30,093 nt of DNA, taken from a virus. Taxonomy: Duplodnaviria > Caudoviricetes. How positions within the stretch are numbered: the stretch's first letter is position 1; each line of letters starts with the position of its first letter. The stretch lies in the IMG/VR virus record IMGVR_UViG_3300025141_000506, positions 1 to 30,093 of that record. One strand, 5' to 3'. Shown in pieces: positions 25,673-30,093 of this stretch. Under the pieces are notes generated by a model. That model searched no databases and was not told where the DNA came from. It saw only the letters and a program-made list of their open reading frames with translations. The position numbers and the translations under genes were made by a program.

Positions 25673-26081
25673 TATCTGACAGCCTCGTAATATCTAAAAT
25701 TTTATGTTCTTGCACCTGAGCCTTGATCTCCACCGCCTTCAGGTCTGGAATGCATTTCCCTAGCAAAGTCTTTGCAGCCATGACCCGTAGTTCAGGGTCG
25801 GCACCGATCTTGCCAATGGCCTGAACATCCCCTGTTGAAGACTGGCTGTAGACAGGGAAGATCTCCTTGCCCCGCATCACCTGAGACAGAAAACCCAGCG
25901 GATCTGCCTGACCCATGATCCAATTGATCGTGGTGTGATGGTTCCATTTGTATGGCTCTTTTCTGGCTTTTTTCTGGCGATTCAGAGGCTCAACCGACTG
26001 AAACCTACCATTCCACGCTTTTGGCTTTACAGGTGGTCCATCCTTGATGGGTCTTTGAACCTGAATTTTTTTCTTAGGCAT
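25548..26081 (-). CDS. terS: Terminase small subunit (putative)
   Basis: 177 aa directly upstream of and overlapping terL. DPL.FL..VM.G, R..AA..LL.K..PDLKAVE and LSD.DL motifs typical of TerS. Confidence 0.7.
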   Translation of the reverse strand: MPKKKIQVQRPIKDGPPVKPKAWNGRFQSVEPLNRQKKARKEPYKWNHHTTINWIMGQADPLGFLSQVMRGKEIFPVYSQSSTGDVQAIGKIGADPELRVMAAKTLLGKCIPDLKAVEIKAQVQEHKILDITRLSDNDLSTVERVLEHAVIDGDPSGEDAEVAEGVHQELLADDRTR

Positions 26082-26117
26082 AATGTTTTTCTTGCAAATT
26101 ATTTGAAATAAGTGTAC

Positions 26118-26333
26118 CTAATTTTTTGGAAAAAAGAAAGGGAGCCGTTGCCCCCTTCTAAGTTTCAATTGATTTACTTTGTCTTGTAACGCTTGAACTA
26201 TTCGCTCAACATCTTTTTCGGTGTAAGAATAGTAAGGTTTATCCAGCATTGATTCGATAGATTCAATTTTAGCCAGAGCAGAACTGACTCTTTTCTCGGC
26301 AACTCTCTTGAAACTCTGTCGTTTAGTTGTCAT
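26118..26333 (-). CDS. 71-aa helical hypothetical protein
   Basis: MTTKRQSFKRVAEKRV..AL..I......Y.YT..DV..I..AL. ATG 26333 with CAGGT upstream. The track's longer start overlaps the 124-aa gene. Confidence 0.6.
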   Translation of the reverse strand: MTTKRQSFKRVAEKRVSSALAKIESIESMLDKPYYSYTEKDVERIVQALQDKVNQLKLRRGQRLPFFFPKN

Positions 26334-26697
26334 TTTTCTTACCTGCTTTTGCAATCGTTTTCGTTTGAATCCAATATTCCCGATGCTCTCCAAACTGCAT
26401 ATCAATCCAATCTCCATGTCGCAAATAATCTTCCATATGGCGAATGTACCCGCGGATGTTTGCCACCTCAGCAATGGCACCATCCTGTTTTTTGGCTACA
26501 TTAGCTCGTGCCTTTGCAAGACATTCTTTTTGAGTCCTAATCCACTGCCGAATATTTTTAAAACTAAATAGGTTGTCGGCTGGAAGTTTTTTGACAGACT
26601 CGTGAACCCAATCGTACCTGGGTGGATTGTCTCTCAACCGTTTTTCGTTTGCAATCCGCAGTCTCTCTACCGCTAATTTTTTTTGTTCTGGTGTCAT
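26323..26697 (-). CDS. Conserved aquatic-phage hypothetical protein
   Basis: 124 aa, H.SV..LP.D...S..N...WI and YI..M..YLR.GDW....FGE motifs, GAAAGGG RBS. Confidence 0.65.
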   Translation of the reverse strand: MTPEQKKLAVERLRIANEKRLRDNPPRYDWVHESVKKLPADNLFSFKNIRQWIRTQKECLAKARANVAKKQDGAIAEVANIRGYIRHMEDYLRHGDWIDMQFGEHREYWIQTKTIAKAGKKNDN

Positions 26698-26710
26698 AAT
26701 TTCCCTTTCT

Positions 26711-26737
26711 AAAAAATGGGGGGAATTTCTCCCCCTT
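26711..26737 (-). terminator. Terminator-like hairpin after YodL-like copy 2
   Basis: GGGGGA-GAAAT-TCCCCC followed by CATTTTTT and then directly the next RBS. Confidence 0.65.
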
Positions 26738-26741
26738 AACT

Positions 26742-27146
26742 TTAAATTTTATTCCAACCCCAGCGGTCACATAAAAACCTTTCACCGTTTTCATTCTCAA
26801 CAACATCACCAACTGAAAGTGAGTGCATTAACTCGTGTCGCTTTTTTCGCACTGGCAATCTTTCAACACAGCGTTTGTATTCCTCTTCGGTCACACTTGG
26901 ATCATTTATCAAACGCTCAACATCATCAATGGTATCGGCAGTCACATTTGCTACATGGTTGAACCAATCTTTTTCAAAACTTTCGCTCACCATCTTCAAA
27001 ACTTCTACACGATTTGGTCCTCGGCAGTCACAAAACTCAAGACCCGACCGCACCGTATGTTTGGGAAGACTCCCATGACCATGCTCCATTATAAAATTCA
27101 CGTCCCAAATGGTAAGTCTGTCAAAATTAAAAAGTTTGAATTTCAT
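26742..27146 (-). CDS. YodL-like domain protein, paralog 2
   Basis: 134 aa, HSLSVGDVV.....FLCD..GW motif, clear paralog of 27200-27580. Confidence 0.6.
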   Translation of the reverse strand: MKFKLFNFDRLTIWDVNFIMEHGHGSLPKHTVRSGLEFCDCRGPNRVEVLKMVSESFEKDWFNHVANVTADTIDDVERLINDPSVTEEEYKRCVERLPVRKKRHELMHSLSVGDVVENENGERFLCDRWGWNKI

Positions 27147-27160
27147 TTTATTTCCTTTCT

Positions 27161-27195
27161 AAAAAAAAATAAGGGGGGAGGAAATTCTCCCCCTT
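27161..27195 (-). terminator. Terminator-like hairpin after YodL-like copy 1
   Basis: GGGGGAG-AATTTC-CTCCCCC followed by CTTATTTTTTTTT and then directly the next RBS. Confidence 0.7.
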
Positions 27196-27199
27196 TGTT

Positions 27200-27580
27200 T
27201 TAAACCCTAGTCCAACCCAAGCGGTCACATAAAAATTTCTCACCGCTTTCATCTTCAACAACATCCCCCACCGAAACACTGTGCATTGGGAGCAACCTTT
27301 CAACACAACTGTTATATTCCTCTTCAGTTACACTTGGATCATTTGTTAAGCGAAACACATCATCAAAAGTGTTGCAAGTTACGTTTGCTACATGGTTGAA
27401 CCAGCCTGTTTCAAAACATTCACCCACCAACCTCAAAACTTCTATACGATTTTTGTCGCGAGTTCCATGCTCAAGTCTCATGCTCACCTCATGCTTAGGA
27501 AGACTCCCATGACCATGCTCGTTTACAAAATCTACTTCTTCCTTGGTAAGTCTGTCAAAGTTGTAAAGTTTAAATTTCAT
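27200..27580 (-). CDS. YodL-like domain protein, paralog 1
   Basis: 126 aa, DDVF.LTN...HSVSVGDVV.....FLCD..GW, GAAAGGA RBS. Confidence 0.6.
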   Translation of the reverse strand: MKFKLYNFDRLTKEEVDFVNEHGHGSLPKHEVSMRLEHGTRDKNRIEVLRLVGECFETGWFNHVANVTCNTFDDVFRLTNDPSVTEEEYNSCVERLLPMHSVSVGDVVEDESGEKFLCDRLGWTRV

Positions 27581-27619
27581 TTTGTTTCCTTTCTCAGTTT
27601 AAATTTTCCCGACACACAA

Positions 27620-27647
27620 ATGATACCTGATTGACCAAAGAATGCAA
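27620..27647 (-). promoter_or_regulatory. Sigma70-like promoter for the leftward early-type genes
   Basis: TTGCAT-N16-TATCAT with an A-rich upstream tract, ~40 bp before ATG 27580. Confidence 0.55.
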
Positions 27648-27678
27648 GTCTTTTATTTATGCTAATAAAAACAATAAC

Positions 27679-28083
27679 TTATATACCAGGGAATTTGCTA
27701 TTAAATTGTTTTAAGCACGAATAATAAAACTTTTGACTTTCAAAAATAGGATTAGTTTTTAAATTTTGCACCGAGCATTTTAATTTTTCTAAAAATTTTT
27801 TTTGCTCTTCGGTTTCGTTGCCACTCAAAAACATATTGGGAATGCGTTTCATGCAATTAATTTTTTTACCGCCAGGCACCCATTCAATTTGTTTGAACCG
27901 ATTTGCTTTTTTCCAATCAGCAATTAGCATGATCATCTGACTTTTGTAGATGCACATGTCGATGGATGCATCAACAATCTCTTGCTCGACCTCATAGCAG
28001 TCTTGCTTTGTGCAGTATGTAATTTCTTTTGCAGCAACCAACAAAAAAAAGAGAGGGACAATGGAAAAAAGATTTGAAACCAT
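27679..28083 (-). CDS. Putative exported Cys-rich protein
   Basis: 134 aa, hydrophobic N-terminus (signal-like), 6 Cys, GAGAGGG upstream, very AT-rich. Confidence 0.45.
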   Translation of the reverse strand: MVSNLFSIVPLFFLLVAAKEITYCTKQDCYEVEQEIVDASIDMCIYKSQMIMLIADWKKANRFKQIEWVPGGKKINCMKRIPNMFLSGNETEEQKKFLEKLKCSVQNLKTNPIFESQKFYYSCLKQFNSKFPGI

Positions 28084-28109
28084 AACCCTCTCAACTCCTA
28101 GGGGGGAGA

Positions 28110-28292
28110 TAATCTTTTAAAATAGTACCACACTTTATTTTTTTTTAAAAATCAACAATGTAACCGCACTGGCGGAACGTTACCGTTAATGTTGGTTTGA
28201 GGTAACACGGATAACTTGTTTATTTTAAAAAACAAAAATGCAAATGTTACCGGTGTTACCGCAAAATCACGATTTTTTAAAATCAAAAATTT
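28110..28292. repeat. AT-rich divergent intergenic region with GTAAC/GTTAC and TTTTAAAA repeats (candidate origin or packaging site)
   Basis: GTWAC at 28160, 28179, 28202, 28246 and 28255. Inverted repeat GGTAACAC (28201-28208) / GTGTTACC (28253-28260). TTTTAAAA at 28115, 28143, 28223 and 28275. Confidence 0.55.
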
Positions 28293-28297
28293 TTTTC

Positions 28298-28326
28298 TTG
28301 AATTTTCTCCTATAGATATATACAAT
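28298..28326 (+). promoter_or_regulatory. Sigma70-like promoter for the rightward operon
   Basis: TTGAAT-N17-TACAAT, followed by an AAAGGAGG RBS and GTG at 28357. Confidence 0.7.
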
Positions 28327-28356
28327 TGTTTTTGTAGTTTGAGAAAGGAGGAAAAA

Positions 28357-28722
28357 GTGTCAAAAGTTTATGTAGTGAACCGACCAACTATTAACAAGTT
28401 TGGTTGGACTCCTGACCTAAGCGATGCGAGTCGGTATGGCAAGTTGGAGATTATTTTTGAATCCAATGAACAGCCACAGTTTTTGCCAGCTCCATCTATC
28501 AAGAAGGCCAGGAGAATTTTGGAAGACTTCAGCTCGGAGGATTATATACTTTGGGCAGGAGGTGGTGACCCAATTGCTGTGATGATAACTTGTATGATCG
28601 CCAGCGAGAAAAGTCCTACAGTTAACGTGCTCCGATGGGAGCGCAATATTGAATCGGGTGGCAGGGATCGAAGGAAAGGTTGGTACATGCCTGTCGCTCT
28701 TGAATTAAGGAAACAACAATGA
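28357..28722 (+). CDS. Conserved phage hypothetical protein (121 aa)
   Basis: MSKVYVV...D.S.A..YG.L...DYIL..G.DP....L.W.R....Y.P pattern. GTG start with a strong RBS; the track start at 28216 lies upstream of the promoter. Confidence 0.7.
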   Translation: MSKVYVVNRPTINKFGWTPDLSDASRYGKLEIIFESNEQPQFLPAPSIKKARRILEDFSSEDYILWAGGGDPIAVMITCMIASEKSPTVNVLRWERNIESGGRDRRKGWYMPVALELRKQQ

Positions 28723-29318
28723 CAATCAATCTGCTTGAAGACGTTGCACCTGCGTCCAAGAATCTAGGTGAAATTGCAGAGATTGCCTCAAAAATTATCA
28801 ATGCTCAAAAAAACATTGATCAAGTCGAGAGGCAGTTGAAGTTAAAAAAGCAAGAGTTGAGAGAACTTCAGGAAATTGTTTTACCTGATGCGATGCAGGA
28901 GATCGGTATAACATCATTTGAGCTGTCGGATGGTTCAAAGGTCAAGGTGAAGGATTTCACTTCGGTAAGTCTACCGACTCAGTCTCACATTGATCGCACA
29001 AAGGATGAGGATCAACAAAGTGCCTTGATCGAGAGAAGACAGTCGGGTCTGGATTGGCTGATTAAAAATCAAGGAGAATCCATCATCAAAAACACGGTGA
29101 AGGTGTTGTTTGACGTAAATGCCGAGGATCAAGTTAAGAGTCTGATGGATGATCTGTCGAAGAAAAATCTTTTGTACAAGGTAAGTGTCGATGTGCACCC
29201 ACGAAGTTTGAAGAGTTTTATTGAGAGCAAAATTGCCGAAGGCAGCAGTGTTCCACACGAAACTTTCAAAATTTTTAATGGCAGGATTGCCGAAGTGAAA
29301 TCAGGAGAAATGAAATGA
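28719..29318 (+). CDS. Conserved replication-module protein
   Basis: 199 aa, coiled coil then LP..M.E.G...F.L.DG, WL......IIKN.V and VHP..LK.F. ATGA-coupled on both sides. Confidence 0.65.
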   Translation: MTINLLEDVAPASKNLGEIAEIASKIINAQKNIDQVERQLKLKKQELRELQEIVLPDAMQEIGITSFELSDGSKVKVKDFTSVSLPTQSHIDRTKDEDQQSALIERRQSGLDWLIKNQGESIIKNTVKVLFDVNAEDQVKSLMDDLSKKNLLYKVSVDVHPRSLKSFIESKIAEGSSVPHETFKIFNGRIAEVKSGEMK

Positions 29319-30093
29319 ATCAACAAGTCGCAAAGAAGAAAGAAACAGCCGTAACAAAATTTGATGCATCTTTGTTAATTGATGATGCTGGGACAGCAGC
29401 AGAGAACATGACACAAGAGGATATGATGATCCCCAGACTGTCAATCCTCCAAGCACAATCCCCACAAGTCAACAAGAGGGATGGTAGCTATGTGGAGGGA
29501 GCCGAGGCTGGACACATTTACGACTCTGTGGGTGCCGAGGCATATGATGGGCAGAGGGGCATCACCGTCATTCCTTTGAGTTACCGGAGAGCCTATATCG
29601 AGTGGAAAGCAGACCGAGGTGGATTTGTAGCCGACCATGGCAACGATGCCTCCGTTCTGGAGGGGTGCAAAAATGTGGATGGCAAGATGATTATGGAGGA
29701 GGGCAATGAGATTTCGACCAATGCCGAATATTTTGTGTTTGTGATTGCTGAAGATGGAAGCCACAGCCCAGCGGTGTTGAGCATGACATCGAGCCAGCTC
29801 AAGAAAGCTCGGAGGTGGAACTCAATGATCAACAGGTTGCAAATCCCTCACCCAACGGAGAAGGGTGTCACGATGAATCCTGCGATGTTTTGGACAGCAT
29901 ACAAGCTGACAACGGTGCCGGAAGAGAATGACAAGGGGAGCTGGTTTGGCTGGAACATTGAGATGCTTCATGATGCCAAGTCCGGTGGGATCATCAAGCA
30001 AATGTCAAACGGTGCCAATCTGTATCTGGAGGCGAGGGAGTTCAAGAGCAAGGTTGCGTCTGGCGATGTCAAGACAGCACAGCCTGATGACGT
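29315..30093 (+). CDS. Partial putative single-stranded DNA-binding/recombination protein (runs off window), not in ORF track
   Basis: ATG 29315 with AGGAG RBS. Reads MNQQVAKKKE...EDMMIPRLSILQAQSPQV...YVEGAEAG...YIEW...SMTSSQLKKARRWNSMI...E.NDKGSWFGW; no stop before the window end. Confidence 0.65.
   Translation, partial: MNQQVAKKKETAVTKFDASLLIDDAGTAAENMTQEDMMIPRLSILQAQSPQVNKRDGSYVEGAEAGHIYDSVGAEAYDGQRGITVIPLSYRRAYIEWKADRGGFVADHGNDASVLEGCKNVDGKMIMEEGNEISTNAEYFVFVIAEDGSHSPAVLSMTSSQLKKARRWNSMINRLQIPHPTEKGVTMNPAMFWTAYKLTTVPEENDKGSWFGWNIEMLHDAKSGGIIKQMSNGANLYLEAREFKSKVASGDVKTAQPDD

Noticed and set aside
26118-26483. 121-aa version of the ORF
   Set aside because: The N-terminal extension overlaps the 124-aa gene by ~160 bp, and ATG 26333 is the more plausible start.
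26742-27580. Paralog pair as a diversity-generating retroelement template/variable repeat
   Set aside because: Both copies are intact ORFs with their own RBS, mismatches are not adenine-specific, and no reverse transcriptase is in the window.
677-27634. Numerous plus-strand ORFs in the track antisense to the structural genes (e.g. 3540-3965, 5287-5688, 8433-8840, 26835-27203)
   Set aside because: They are shadows of well-supported minus-strand genes, with no RBS or recognisable motifs.
28216-28356. N-terminal extension of the 168-aa plus-strand ORF
   Set aside because: It spans the repeat and promoter region, and the strong RBS points to GTG 28357.
28971-29832. Minus-strand ORFs at the right end
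   Set aside because: They are antisense to the plus-strand 199-aa gene and the partial ORF starting at 29315.
1-30093. tRNA/rRNA genes, integrase, att sites, introns or inteins (e.g. in terL)
   Set aside because: Intergenic gaps are too short, no cloverleaf was seen, and terL, portal and capsid genes are uninterrupted and of normal length.

Overview
A 30-kb segment of a tailed dsDNA bacteriophage genome with P22-like portal/podovirus-type organisation, resembling uncultured aquatic phages. Almost everything from ~28.1 kb down to 1 is one minus-strand block. In transcription order it holds small early-type ORFs (including a tandem YodL-like paralog pair, each followed by a hairpin), terminase small and large subunits, the portal, an ~8.9-kb accessory/internal-protein island, GroES, scaffold, major capsid, head-tail and tail proteins, a tail fibre with 3x92-aa repeats and an S74 chaperone domain, a lysis cassette (3TM holin, M15 endolysin) and a tail hub/nozzle protein. 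A divergent plus-strand replication-type module starts after an AT-rich, repeat-rich intergenic region at ~28.1-28.35 kb. The most unusual part is the island between portal and GroES (12.8-21.75 kb). Unrelated proteins there (including an ADP-ribosyltransferase and polyvalent-protein-like ORFs) share short peptide motifs (GPYASGY, G-A-L) and alternate with Lys-rich micro-ORFs, one of which resembles the capsid protein N-terminus. This suggests a possible peptide-tag system for loading cargo into the capsid. All product calls come from recalled motifs and gene order; no database search was run. No tRNA, rRNA, CRISPR, integrase or reverse transcriptase was seen.
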